This document shows, piece by piece, positions 1 to 12,703 of a DNA stretch of 64,000 nt. The notes under the pieces are model-generated. The model saw only the letters and a program-made list of their open reading frames with translations, was not told the origin of the DNA and ran no database searches. Origin of the DNA: Diplonema japonicum (lineage: Eukaryota; Protista; Euglenozoa: Diplonemea). A program made the translations under genes and the position numbers. Each line of letters starts with the position of its first letter. The stretch's first letter is position 1. The stretch lies in assembly GCA_964019335.1 (NCBI GenBank), contig OZ025656.1, positions 186,001 through 250,000 on the forward strand, written 5' to 3'.

Positions 1-8
1 TTGCTGAC

Positions 9-3000
9 ATGGATGTGGAGAGACAGAAGTGGCAACAGAAGCTTGATGAAGCTGCTCAGAAGCGTGACATGCAGCTCGAAGAGATCTACACCGCCAAGGG
101 CAGCGTAGAGGAGAGGTGTGGCAAGCTGCAGGAGAACATACGGAGCCTTGAGATGGACATGAGCCAGCTGGAGCACCGCAGAGGGGCAGAGATCGGGCAG
201 CTGGAACAAGACCTCCACACAGCGACATCCCAAACGCAACAGTGCAAAGCTGAAATCGAGCGGCTGCAGGAGAAAGTGTCCGAGAAGATCACACAAGTAG
301 AGCGCCTCAACAAAGATCTCCAGAAGCAGAAGGACGGTCTCACTGCCGCTGAGCTCAAGATGGACACACAGCAGCACGAGGCAACAACCAACATGCAAGA
401 GGCAGAAGCTGTGAAGAATGCTGCGCACAAAAAGATCGACGCACTGACCGTCGAGATCAGAGCTCTGAAGGAGCAATTACAGCTTGAGAAGCGAGAAAGT
501 GCTGCTGCAAAGCAAGCAGAGAAAGGACTCGCAGGCAAGCTGAACGAAGCGAAGGGGGAACAGGACCGTGGAGTTGAGCAAGCCAAGAAGCTTGAACTGC
601 AGCTGCAGCAGCAAAGCAACAAGTTGGAAGAAGCTCACAAAAAGGCGGAAGTTGAGGCCGCGAAGAGGGACAGGGAGATGCAGAACCACTACGACATGCT
701 GTCGGCCTTGAGAGGTGAACTTGCCAAAGTGAAAGCAGAGCATGCTACACATACAAAACAACATGAGGAGTACTTGGGTGAACTGCGCGGCGCACTTGAA
801 GTAGCAAGAAAAGAGTCCCTTGGAAAGGAAGCTGAGAACAGGGGTGAGCTTGAAGGGGTGAAGAATGAGCTGTTTGCAGCTACGGAAGACAGCAACAAGT
901 CTCGTTCCGAGCTGCGGACTTTGAAAGTAGAGCTGAAAGAGGCACAGATAGCTGAGCAGCAAGCAGCAGATCGTCTCCACATCCTGCAGACGAGCTTGAA
1001 CGCTTCCAACAATGAGGCCCACGAGGCAAAGGCACAGCGCGACTCGGTGCAGCAGGAAATCAAGGTTCTGAAGGCCAACCACCACAACGTGCAGATGGAG
1101 GTCTCGCGGTACCGGGGCGAAATGCAGGACCAAGAAATGGGCTACGCATCCACCATCACGGACCTCAAACGCGAGCACCAGCAGAACCTCGACACACAGC
1201 AGCGCAGCCACGCAGCCTTCAAAAGGATGAACGAAGAGCTGGTCGACCGCAACAACCAACTGCAAGCGAAACTGGACGAAACCACAGCTCAGAAGCGAGA
1301 AGCAATCGCTGCTGAGGCGGAAGCAGGGAACGAGTGGAAAAATGCTGCAGCCGTGCTTAGGAAGGAAAACGAGCAGACGATGGAAAAATTACGACAGTTC
1401 CAGAGGGACCTCAGCGATGAGAAGCTTGCAACTCGCAAGGAGAAGGAGTCTGCTGCCATCTTGCGGAGCGATTTGGACACGAAGATCCACCAAGAGCACC
1501 TTCTGCGAGCGGATATTGAGGACCTGATGTTGGCACAGAAGAGTGTGATCGATGCGGCTGACGAGACGAGGATCAACGTCGAGGCAACTATACGAGGGAA
1601 GAACGACGAGTGTGAAGGCCTCAAGAAAAAATGCGAAACGTTACAAGAGGAGCTCGGGGAGGAGAAGGGCCGCAGCGCCGATCTGGAGCACCAGCTGCTA
1701 AATGCGTCACGCGACCTGGGATCCGTGAGGAGGCGGATGGTCTTTGCAGAGAAGCAACGCGATGAGGTGCACGAGGGTTCCTTGTCACACAGGACAGAGC
1801 TTGACAAGTCCCAAGAAACCGTCGAAACTCTGCAGGCCAACGAGGCGGCTCTGCAGCGTGCCGTTAGCTCCTTGAAGTCTGACCTCCAAACCTCCGAAGA
1901 CACCATTGCGATGTGGAAGAAGGTGTGCACCGCACAACACAACACAACACAACACAACACACAGCGAGAGGCCTCACGTGCTCAAGACATCGACAGCACA
2001 CAGCAAGATCTGCGCACAGCAGGTACGCAGCACCTAACTTCACAACACCCCACAGAGAACCACATACGCACCTTGGAAGATGATCTCGCCACCACAGGCA
2101 TGAAATGCAGGGAGCTCACATTGCAAAATACCAAGCTGCAAGAGTCCTTGTGGACAAGCGAGGTATGCTGCTGGATTACATAACACAACCTTAACACAGA
2201 CGCAAATCGAAGGGTACGAAGACAGGCTGCTACAGAACAGCAAAGAGATGACAGACCTGCGCAACAGTATGACAGCAGGCGAAGCGGGGATGGAAGGTGT
2301 GACGGCTGAGCTGGAAGGCGTCCGTGAGCAGCAGCTGCTGTCGTGCAATAACATCAAGCAACTCGAAGAGAGGTTGCATGAAGCTAACAAAGAGCGACAG
2401 GAGGCACTGGTGAGAGCAGAGGACATGCACAGCAGGCTGGAGGAGGGTGAGGACCGTGTGCGTGAGAAAGACGCTGTCATCGCAAAAGAGAGGAGCGAAA
2501 GAGATGCAGCCAGGCAGGAGGTTGCAAAGTTGCGAAAAGAAAAAGAAAAACAAAGTGCAACTCACATCAAAGACTTGGAGGCAAAGTACACACTGATATC
2601 CGATTTGGAAAACAAAGTAGTGAGCCTTACAAGTAAAGCAAATGCTGCCGAGTCATCTGCAGAGGCTGTAGACCCTCTGATGGCTGAAGTGAAGCGCGAG
2701 AGGGAGAGAGCTTCCGACTTAGAAGTACAGCTCGAGGGTCTCGTAAAAGATAACGAAAACCTGCAGCGAGAACGCCAAGATATCGATCGAGCTCGTGACA
2801 GTGAAAAGCGCAGTGCCGACGAGCTTGTGATAGACCTGAAAGCAGAGATCGCAACATGCAGAGCAGAGTCCAGAGAAATGGCGGAGACGCACTACTCACA
2901 GCTACAGCACTCCATGCAGCAAGCAGACGCTGCCGAAGAGTCAGCTCGACAGCTTGCGGTGCAGTGCAACATTTTGAAAGATAAATTGGAAAACGCGAAA

Positions 3001-3978
3001 CTCATGCTGACCCGTGTGGAGGCGGTGAACAGCGCTCTACATTCGCAGATAGCCAGTGAGGAGGAAAACGCAAAGCAGTACAAAACAAAACTGGGCGCAG
3101 TGCAACAACAGCAGCACAAGATGGAGGCACAGCTCTTAGGAGAAATCGGCGCACGACGAGAGGCGGAAGACAACTTGCACTACTCGGTAGAAAGACAACG
3201 GCGGGGCAGAACAGACAAAACACCATCCTTGAGGGAGGAATCATTAGGGAGAGAACTGCGCGGTGCAACAGAGCGCATTGTGGAACTGGAGAGCAGCCTG
3301 CGACGCGCAAGAAGCTTCAAGAGCAGCGAGGTGGAGCCCATCGTGGAGAACGAGAACGACAAGGCGATCTTGAAGAAGCTGAAGTCACTGACAGCTCAAG
3401 TAGAAGTACAAGCATCGCCGAACAGAGAATTCAGAAACCTAGGCCCTAGCAAGGGCAGTGTGGGGCCTATCTCAGACATCAATGACAGGGTGGGGCATGT
3501 TGTGGCACAGCTGTCACTGATCCCCGACCTGCGTGTGTCAAAAGGTGCTACACCTCTCAGGAGACAGTCGACGTTCAGCCCAGAACCAGTGATGCCAGCG
3601 GCACTGCCTTCGGAACCTTCATCTCCAATAGAACCACCAACACCTCCCTCTCTACCGTCACCTATGGCTATCCAGGTCGACTGCGACAGCATCGCCGCAG
3701 CCCTGCACAAGGCCATGAAGGGGTTTGGTACTGATGAGGACGGGATATACAGGCAGCTGAGCCTTGTGCAGGATGTTTTCGATTGGCGTGAGGTCATCAC
3801 AAGCTTTCAAAGAGAGTTCCCGAAGTTCAGCAGCGGCAACCTCTTGAAAGCCATCGCCGGAGAGCTCACCTCCAAAGAACTTAACAAGGCCAAGGCCATC
3901 CTCCGTGACAAAGGAATCTCGTGGAACCCCACCGTTTGCAGTACTAGAAGCTCTTCCTTCTCTTCTTCAAGCAGTTAG
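9..3978 (+). CDS. Large coiled-coil protein with C-terminal single annexin-like repeat (probably 5'-truncated); exons 9-1922, 1965-2022, 2056-2162, 2200-3978
   Basis: ORFs 9..2183 and 2248..3978 join in frame via intron 2163-2199 (GTATG..ACAG). Two further in-frame introns are predicted: 1923-1964 (ACACA repeat) and 2023-2055 (contains CTAAC). E/K/Q/L-rich heptads; C-terminal AAALHKAMKGFGTDED matches the annexin repeat motif. Frame is open to the window edge. Confidence 0.85.
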
Positions 3979-4246
3979 CGACCATTTTTTCAATTTTTTC
4001 CCCGTCTTATATGTTCTAGAGTGTGCTGAAATGTTACTGAGGAAATACACGGATTTTTTGTGGTGACCCACTCTTGACCTCCTTTTATGGATGGTCAGTA
4101 TGACATTCCACTGACAAGAACACCTTCAGTTATAGAGCCCGATTCAGGTTGGGTGGAGGGGTTTTTTTTTGATGGATCTATTCGGTGAAATTGATTTTAA
4201 ATCCTTCACCACAGATCGTTGGTTTCCTTTGTTACGTGATTTCCCC

Positions 4247-4278
<32 letters not shown>

Positions 4279-4280
<2 letters not shown>

Positions 4281-4320
4281 GGTGGTCCTCAAGTGGGATT
4301 TGCCCTTAAACATCGCCCTT
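4279..4320 (+). repeat. Dispersed stem-loop element, copy A
   Basis: AGGGTGGTCCTCAAGTGGGATTTGCCCTTAAACAT is nearly identical to 43164-43198 and related to 38421 and 41058. Confidence 0.75.
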
Positions 4321-5105
4321 TTTCCCCCTTTTTTTTTCCTTTGAGTAAAAATTTATAAAATTTATACAAGCTAACAGGGGTGCAACAGGGATGTGATTTT
4401 TTTTTCCCCTTCCCTCCACCTATAAGCGGTTCCTTTTTAAAATGTTGTTCCTTTTTTTTTTTCTTGTCCCGCCCCCGCTCCTATCTTTTTCGCTACAAAA
4501 AAAGAAAAGATTTTTTGAATGTTCGTGAAACATTTCTTCCCCCCCCCCCCCCCTTCTGTTCATTGGTTTCGGTTCCTTCTTTCCTCCTTTGGCGTCCCCC
4601 CTCAGCAACCTTTGTTCTAATTGTACTCTGTAAAAACCTATCACCCGCAACCCCTTTGGTGTTTGTACTAAACGAGAAGAAGAAAAAAAAAAAGAGATAT
4701 AAAGGGGAAAATAATTTCTTTTATAAAAAAAAAAAAAAAAGAGAATCGTGTTTTTTTTCTTCCTTTCTTTTTTTTTTACTTACTGTAACCAACCGTTCCG
4801 ACAAGAAAAAAAAAATATAATAATAAAGAAGTTAACAGTAATTTTTTTGTTCTTAATAAAATTGTTTTAACCCTCTTCACTTTTTTTTTTATACAAAGTT
4901 TCGAGCCATTTCCAACCATGGCAAAGAGAAAAAAAAATCGTTTTTTCCCTTCTTTTTTTTTTCTTTCTTCCCTATAAGTTTTCATTCACCGCAAACACCA
5001 GGAGTCTTTCGGCTTCCTAATCCACATTGTCCTCCTGCGTCTCTTCGTCCATCTGCCCTGACACCACCAAAACAAATCAAACAAACGCAGGCCACTTAAT
5101 GCAAC

Positions 5106-8100
5106 ATGAATGACTCGCTTCCTACGTCGGAGCTGCTGAAGCTGTCACTGAGGGCGACACATGAAGGCGGGGATGGTGATTGCGAAGAGATGGCAATGGA
5201 ATTGCACCAGGGCTTGAAAGGGGGTTTGGGAGCGGAAGAAGAAAGGGTTTACGCTGCTCTGAGAAAGGTTGAAGGGCAGACTCAATGGTGGGGGGTTGAG
5301 AAGAGCTTCATCACGAACTATGCTGTTGAGCTTGAGAGCTGCATGGAAGAAGAGCTGACAGGTGAGGAACTAACTATAGCTTGGGCAATCCTTAACAACA
5401 ACGGTGTGTTTCGTGACGGGGCAGGCAGCAATAAGGAGTACCTTCAAAACTATGTGAGTGCTGTGTTCGGTACTGAGCCCGTCTCACGCCATGCCCTTGC
5501 CGCCTCCATCCGTCAGGATAGGGGCTGCGAACGCGTCCTCAGCCGCCCCGACACCCCCGAGGCCAGGGCACTCAACGCCCTCCTCACCAAAATGTGTGTC
5601 AATGTCACCAAAACGGTCACTGCTCGCGAGTGGTTTACCGCCTTCCAAAAGCAGTATCATTATCACCACTCAGAGGGTCCTAAGAGCCCCCGTCGGGCTT
5701 CTCCCATGCGTGGTGCGTCCTCACCACACGAAGGCCTCGTCTCCAAGGTTTTCCTCCTCGAAAGGCAGATTGCGCAGATGCAGGGCACCCATTCCGTAAC
5801 CGGTACGCCTTCCCCTGCCCATGTGGCTGAAACACCTACACGCCATGTCCCCGAGACGCCTCCTCCTAATGCTAGCTGCATTCTCCCCGAGACGCCTCCT
5901 CCTAATGCGACCAACATGAGCAGCATCCTGCCGGAGACACCACCCAACGCAGAGAGCTTTGTTGCCACTCCTGTGTTCCCAACAGAGGCTTCACCTGTGA
6001 CACCGAACCCCGCCACGCAGCCGCGAGTGCCCCAACCCGAGCCGCCGACAGATGTTCTAGAGCTAGCAGAGGCCATTGAACGGCAGATTGTTATGTGTCA
6101 CGAGCACACCTTGCTGACGACTAAGACCCCTGTAAGTCAAGCCCTGCCTGATGTGCAGCAGCTGCTTGCCGAGTATGCCACTCTCAAGGCACGGTACAAT
6201 GACTTGCTGGCTGCGAACGGTGAGTTGCAGCAGCAGCGTGATGGATACATGGGCGAAGGGGGTGAGTTCAAGATGAAGTTTGGTGAGCTCCAAGCGGTGG
6301 AAGGGGACCTTAGAAAGCAGCTGGAGGAGAGCCTGCGGGACATCGATGAGCTGAATGCCGCTATCGCAGCACGTGAGGCCGAGTTGCGAGAGCAGGCACT
6401 ACTGAGTGATGGTGCTCTTGAAAGGGAAGATGCGCTAAAAGTGCATGTCAGGATGGCTGAAGAGCGCTGTGCTACAGCAGAGGCAGAGCGTGATCATCTC
6501 CGTGAGTTCAAAGACTCTATCAGGAAGGATGCTGAGGCTGAATGGGAGGACAAGGTAAAGTCCTCGGAGGCCTTGGCTGCTGCTACGCAGGAGGCAAACA
6601 GCAACCTTTGCGTGGAGTTGTTTGGCCTTATCCAATCCTCCGAGACGTGCATCAGGGAGGAGGCAGAGGAGCTCCGCCTGCAAACCTTGCAACTGCTGTA
6701 CGTGCAGTTGCAGCGCGACACTGAGCGTGATCTACGTGTCGCCGAGACTTCCAAGCTTCACAAAGATCTGCAGGACGCCGATAAGCGATTCAAGAAGTAC
6801 GAAGAGGACGAACGTGCGAGGCTGGAGAAGATACAAGAAGAGGCAGCACAAAGGATCGCGCAGCTGGATGAGGATCACTTCAAGTCGCTGCAGAAACGCG
6901 ACGACGAGGCAGCAAGGAGGCAGGCACGGTTCGAGGAGGATGCATCCAGGAAGAGGATGCAAGCCGACGAGGATGCCGCGAACAGGTTGGCTCGCGCTGA
7001 ACAAGAGGCTGCTAACAAGATGCAGCTCATAGAGCAAGAGCACAGGAACAAGCTCGCAAGGCTTGAAGATGAGTACGCCCAGAGACAGCAACGGACAGAG
7101 GCTGAGGTCACTGCCGCCATCGCACGGGCCGAGGCTGACGCAGAGACAAAGCGCTTGAAACGGGAGCGTGAATTGGCAGCGCTTGAGGAAGATCACAACA
7201 TGCGATGCTCACAGCTGCAGCGAGAGAGGGACCAAGTTGCCCTGGAAAGGGATGATCTTGCTGCAAAGTTACAAATGAGGCCACAACAAGGTGCTTTGCA
7301 GGAGCTGGAAGCCCAACACCAACGGGCGCTGCGGGAACAGGAAAACAAGCACAACGCGGCGCAACACGAGCAGGAGCAGGCACTTCTCGCTATGCAGTCA
7401 GATCACCAACTGAAGGAAGCAGCCTTGGGAAGCGAGCTGGCAATGTACAAACAACAGTTGGAAGAGCAAGCAGCCCAAAGGCAGGCAACAGACAGAGTCG
7501 TTGAAGAGTCTGGTATTCTCTTGAATTCACTTCAAGAGCAAAACGATGTGCTTGCAACAGCCAATAAGCAGCTGACAGAAGAAAACCAAACGCTGGCACG
7601 CGCACCTGGTCAGGAGGAGATCGACGAGGCGAAGGCTGAGGCGGAGCGCATTAGAGCTGCCATGGAGGAGCTGGGACGGGAAACTGAACGCAAAGAAGCG
7701 GAAGCAGCGGTCAGGGAAAAGGCTGCGGCACAACTGGAACAAGAGCTCCTTGCAAAGGAACACGAAGCTCTTCGTAAAGAAGCTGAAGCAGCCAGAAAAG
7801 AAGAAGAGGCTATCAGGAGGGAGGAAGAGGCCGTGAAACAGCAGCAAGTTTCCGCGGAAGAATCTGCAAGAAAAGAAGCAGAGCTTGCTGAAAAGGCAGC
7901 AGAGCTGAACAAAAAACTTTCCGATGCTGAGGAAGAGCTGCAAAAGGCGAGGGATGCACGACCTGTTGATGACAGACTTATGGAACAGCTACGCGCGGAG
8001 GCCAATGCGGAGAAGGAAAGGGCTGATGCTGAGCGGCAAAGGGCAGAAGAGGAACGGCTGCGAGCCGAAGAGGAGCGGATGAAAGCTCGAGAAGAACAGC

Positions 8101-9573
8101 AAAAGGCAAAGGATGCGATGGACAAGGCCGAAGAAGAACGGGAAATGGCAGCCCAAGCGAAGCGGAAGGCCGAAGAAGAGAAACAGAGAATGAGCGAGCA
8201 AGCGGAAGAAGATAAAAAGAGGATGGCGGAGGAGCAGAAACAGCGGGAGATTGAGGAGACACGTGCTGCTGAGGAAGCGGCAAAAAGAAAGAAAGCATCG
8301 AAGGAAAGAGCACGACTGGCTGAAGAGAACGAGAAGCTGCGTGAGGAGCTGGCTTCAAAGGACGACAAGAACTCCTACGAGCTCGAACAACAGTTGCGTG
8401 AGAAGGCCAGGAGGAACACAGAGCTGGAAGAGCTGTTGGAGTCGGAAACGCGTGAGAGGGATGAGGTCATCGCACAGCTGCAGGAACAGATCGAGAGACA
8501 GAACACAGAGCTTGCACTGCTGAGGCAGCAGATCAAAGACATCCACAGTGAACAACACAGACAGCGCAGCCTGCAAGACATCAACAGATCGCAGGACGAC
8601 GACAGGTTCACCATTGAGGCACAGGAAGTACGTGGGAGAAAGTACCTGGAGAGACACTGGCGGAGGATAGAGATGCCTTTTGGTGCTGAGGGATCGCTGC
8701 AGATCAGGGTGCGCGGGCCGTCGAAGACTGACCCAGAGCCCCCCGTCGTGGTGTCGGAGTGCGTCAAGAACGGCGCGGCACACAAGGCAGGTCTGCAAGC
8801 AGGTTGGCTCGTGGTGAAGGTCCGCAACCCTATTGGAACATGGCCCATCGTCACCAGGAGAGACTTCCTACACGCGATAGGCCCCAACGGGCACGTCTTT
8901 GAGAACGTAGAGCTGTCCATCTTCGTCGTGCAAGACGAGAAGTTCATCACTGAATGGAAAAGAAAACTTCTGGAGTACGTGAAGAACGAGGAGAGACAGA
9001 AGGTGTCCGGCTCGTGGATGGGGAAGATGAGGGGGAAAACGTATGCTGTTTTCAATTTATCAATTCCTCCTATATCTTTTTCCTTTTTTTTTTTCCAGAC
9101 CGAAATCGACTGGATTCAGCGGGATAAGGTTGAAAATCACACCGCCAGCACACCTGGTGAAGGAGTACAAGGTGAAGATGGACAAGCTAAGCGACGAGGC
9201 CAAGCGGAACAGGATCAAGCACTTGAAGCAGATGGGGTGCATAAAGTTCGACGAAGAATTCAACGCTGAGAACGTCTTCGCAATGCAGTCCAACCCCCCC
9301 ATGTGGCGGACACTGGCGCTCACAGCCTGCGATCAGTGCAACATCAACGGCTCCAGAGAGATGATACCACGCTCGTTGGCCTACCCTATTACACGTACTC
9401 TCGGTGCGCTTCTAGGTACCCCTCCACCCCCTCAGGAGATGACTGATGAGGCCTTCTCTATTGTAGACCTTGAATCTCGGGGAGAGGTAGATTTCGAAGA
9501 ACTTACAACCTTTACCCGAGAGCTTTACATGGATTTAATATTCCGGGACGACGTGATCTATAATGATATGTGA
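5106..9573 (+). CDS. 1469-aa coiled-coil protein: N-terminal annexin-like repeat, PETPP repeats, long coiled coil, PDZ-like domain, C-terminal EF-hand-like motif; exons 5106-9040, 9099-9573
   Basis: Intron 9041-9098 (GTATG..TTCCAG) joins ORF 5106..9269 to the frame of ORF 9043..9573. PDZ-like VVVSECVKNGAAHKAGLQAGWLVVKV; EF-hand-like AFSIVDLESRGEVDFEEL. Confidence 0.85.
5850..5950 (+). repeat. Three imperfect coding tandem repeats (PETPPPNA)
   Basis: ccgagacgcctcctcctaatgc occurs twice, followed by a diverged third copy. Confidence 0.8.
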
Positions 9574-9937
9574 GTTTTATTTTATTTTTCTTTCACCCCA
9601 CTTTTTTTTTTTTTTTTTTTTTAGATAGATATTGTTGTACTTTTAGATCTCCTTCCAAAATAAAAAAAAAAAATTAGGAGGATTAGGTGGGGAAAGTGGA
9701 GGAGGATCGTTCTCTTTATCTATTTCCTTCCTCCCCCTTCCACGACCCCCCCCCTTTTTTTAAAACCTTTATTTCTTTGTTTATTTAAGTAACCGCTTTG
9801 ACCCTGCCCCCCCCCCTTTTTTTTATTCTCTGCCCAAGGTTTTATATCTCCTTTTTCATTTGTTTTTGATTCATCTTCACCCCACCCGTCCTTTTTTTTT
9901 TAAAAAAAAAAAGGAGAACACCTACAAACAAAAAACA

Positions 9938-10888
9938 ATGACAATGCCACAATGGATACAACTGAAAGGACTGGAGGTGGATGCTGACAGAAATGTATGT
10001 GCAATCCCATATCCATGAACACTAATTTTTTTCTTCTTTCTCCCCACAGGGACAAATCGGTGAGAACAAAGGCGAAAGGGAATATAATTTATTCGAGGTG
10101 TGCCTTGAAGACGGGGTCACGGTGTTGGTTCCTGAAGAGAACATGGTAAGGATGACGTGGGTAAAGCGCCCTGATGATAAAAAAGTACCTGAGAAATATC
10201 TGGTGTTCAACGATTCCGACGGAGATGAGGTAGTACTGCAAGCACGAAAGGGGTTAGGCAAAGGTCAGTATGCAGTAGAAGGAGTATGGCGACCTGAGTT
10301 CACTGCAGTAGAAGTTTTCGAAACAGGCCGGGTTGGGAGGGAAGAACCCCATTTACGATTTCACTGTGGAAATGTTATGAAGAACGTACCTGTAGCAGGT
10401 GTCACTGAAAAATTAGCAGAATTTTTGAAATTCGCGCGAATTCCGAGCTCCCTTCAGAGCTTCAAAGCGGGGGACGCGGTGAAGACGCGACATTCAATCA
10501 CCTTTGTGGATGGTGTTGTGCTGCCTCCTGCTACCCGTGCCACCGTTCTCCAACTTACTTCGCCTTCTATCTACGACATCTGCCTCCCCAGCGGGGATCG
10601 TTTGGATGTTGATGCAGTTGACCTTCTCCCTTGCCGACCATTGATGCCTGATGTGGAGGTGGTCCTCAAACGGGAGGTCACCTTTAAATCAGGAAAGAAT
10701 CTCCCTGAGGGTACGCTCCTCATCGTTAAAAAACGCCCAGTTGATGGTGTGTAGAAAGAGGGAAAAAAAAAAAAAAAAAACCTTTACCCACAGGTATGGT
10801 CGATGTCGAAACCGATGACTCGCCCCCATTCGTTTTCGAAGTCTCTGAACTGTGGGTCAGGGAGCTTGAAGGAGAGCGTCTTGAGTAA
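9938..10888 (+). CDS. 282-aa hypothetical protein with three SH3/KOW-like beta-barrel segments; exons 9938-9994, 10050-10746, 10794-10888
   Basis: Introns 9995-10049 (GTATG..CACAG) and 10747-10793 (GTGTG..polyA..CACAG) give a continuous frame MTMPQWIQLKGLEVDADRN/GQIGEN...D/GMVDVETDD...ERLE*. Fold call is by pattern only. Confidence 0.75.
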
Positions 10889-11113
10889 TCTGTTTTTTTT
10901 ATTTTTATTTTCGCTCTCTTTTCTATTTTCTTAGAGTATTCAAGGGGAAGTAGAAGAAAAAAAATAGAGAGGTAACAAAAAAAAAAAAAAAAAAGAAAAT
11001 TCCCCCGTTTAAACCTAAGTGTATTCTACATGGGCCTCCCTCCTCATTCCCACCCTTTTTGACAGAACACCATTATAAAAAAAAAAAAAAAAAGAAGAAG
11101 AAAAAAGAACAAT

Positions 11114-12703
11114 ATGGGTATTGTTCAGTCCGTTCTGGACAAGGACTGCGGGACGTATGAGCGTCGCGTGGAGAGGGCGGTGGTGCTGCTGGTACTGTTT
11201 TATGGTGCGAAGAATGTGTACGGATTGGGTCTTGGAGGCTTGAGAAAAACTGTTATGAACAAACTGCTGGCGGGAGGAAAATTAATCCCTGGCGTGGAAG
11301 GAGTGGTGCGTGGGGAACTAGACAAGGAAATGGAAGGCATCAAGAAGAACGTTCTAGGCGATGGCGACAAAGACACTGTCCTCACCATCCCCGAACATGG
11401 TCTCCCCGATGAAACAATCATCGCGAGGGCCGAGAAGCTCATCGCAGACATGACAGGCTTCGCAGAAGGGAAAAAATGGGGCGGTATCTACTACCGCAAC
11501 AAAGAACTCTCCCACATCCAAATCGAGATGTGGAGCAGATTCTCATCTACCAACCTACTCTTTCCCATGGTCTTCCCTGGCGCACGACAGCTGGAAGCAG
11601 AACTAGTATCAATGACAGTCTCGCTGGTACACGGCAATGTTGGTGTTCTGACCTCTGGAGGCACTGAGTCAATTCTCATTGCAATGCTCGGCTACAGGGA
11701 ACAGGCGAGGAAACGTGGCATCGCGGAACCCGAGATTCTTTGCGGTGTCACGGTGCACCCAGCAGCCTTGAAAGCGTCATTCTACTTCGGCATGAAGCTC
11801 GTGCGTGCACCCGTCGACCCTGCCACGCAGCGCATGTCAGTTGCACTCACAAAACCGTTCATCAATAAGAACACTATTTGCATTTACGCATCGGCGCCCA
11901 CCTTTATACACGGTGTAGTGGATCCTATTGAAGAGCTTGCGTCGCTTGCGGTGGAGCACGGTATTGGGGTGCACGTTGACAACTGTCTTGGAGGGTATCT
12001 GTTGAGCTATCTTCAGAAGGAAGGATTGTACACAAAACAATGGGATTTCCGTGTTGAAGGCGTCACGAGTATGTCGGTCGATGTCCACAAGTACGGTTTT
12101 GCGAGTAAAGGAGTAAGCGTGGCGGTGTTCAGGGACAACGAGATGAGACAGAGTTCATATGTCCCGTCAAGCGATGGTTGCGAAGGGTTGTACATCACAC
12201 CCACATTGCAAGGATCGAGGAGTGGAGGTGTCGTGGCCGCAGGGTGGGGAACCGTGGTGAAACTCGGCGACGATGGGTACCGCAAGGCAGCACGACGTTT
12301 GCACGCTGTTAAGGAAGCTTATATCAGGGAGGTTGAAAAGTTCCCGATGTTGAAACTTCTAGCGTATCCTGATGCGGCTGTCGTGCCGATCGCCTCGAAT
12401 TCGTCATCCCTTGATATTTACTTACTAGCGTCGCTTATGGAAAAGCGAGGGTGGAACATGTTCACGGGGCAGCACCCCCCTGTCATGTCTGTTTGTGTTG
12501 GTGAGCAGCAGACACCTGAGGTCATCGAACAGTGGTCCGATGATATCAGCACCTGCCTTGAAGAAATTACCGCCGACCCTAAGATTAAAATAGAAGGTGC
12601 AGCGGCGGTGTACGGCACTGCCGGGTCCACCCCCGACGAACTTCTTCATGCGGTGATGTGTTCTTATGTCGACACAACACTGACGGCGAAGAAAGCTGAA
12701 TGA
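11114..12703 (+). CDS. SGPL1: Sphingosine-1-phosphate lyase (PLP-dependent, group II decarboxylase fold)
   Basis: TSGGTESI, HVDNCLGG, SVDVHKYG (PLP lysine) and GSRSGG motifs; N-terminal hydrophobic anchor; intronless. Confidence 0.92.
   Translation: MGIVQSVLDKDCGTYERRVERAVVLLVLFYGAKNVYGLGLGGLRKTVMNKLLAGGKLIPGVEGVVRGELDKEMEGIKKNVLGDGDKDTVLTIPEHGLPDETIIARAEKLIADMTGFAEGKKWGGIYYRNKELSHIQIEMWSRFSSTNLLFPMVFPGARQLEAELVSMTVSLVHGNVGVLTSGGTESILIAMLGYREQARKRGIAEPEILCGVTVHPAALKASFYFGMKLVRAPVDPATQRMSVALTKPFINKNTICIYASAPTFIHGVVDPIEELASLAVEHGIGVHVDNCLGGYLLSYLQKEGLYTKQWDFRVEGVTSMSVDVHKYGFASKGVSVAVFRDNEMRQSSYVPSSDGCEGLYITPTLQGSRSGGVVAAGWGTVVKLGDDGYRKAARRLHAVKEAYIREVEKFPMLKLLAYPDAAVVPIASNSSSLDIYLLASLMEKRGWNMFTGQHPPVMSVCVGEQQTPEVIEQWSDDISTCLEEITADPKIKIEGAAAVYGTAGSTPDELLHAVMCSYVDTTLTAKKAE

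Noticed and set aside
2163-2247. Apparent frameshifts or stop readthrough between adjacent ORFs (also 9041, 22122, 25741, 31982)
   Set aside because: Each is resolved by a short GT-AG intron; TAA, TAG and TGA all serve as stops, so no recoding is needed.
4279-4320. Hairpin + ACA as an H/ACA-like snoRNA
   Set aside because: Hairpin is too short, lacks a pseudouridylation pocket, and two of four copies lack ACA/AGA.
86-9323. Many minus-strand ORFs over the coiled-coil genes
   Set aside because: Antisense shadows of E/K/Q/A-rich codons (Ser/Leu/Cys/Phe-rich), with no motifs.
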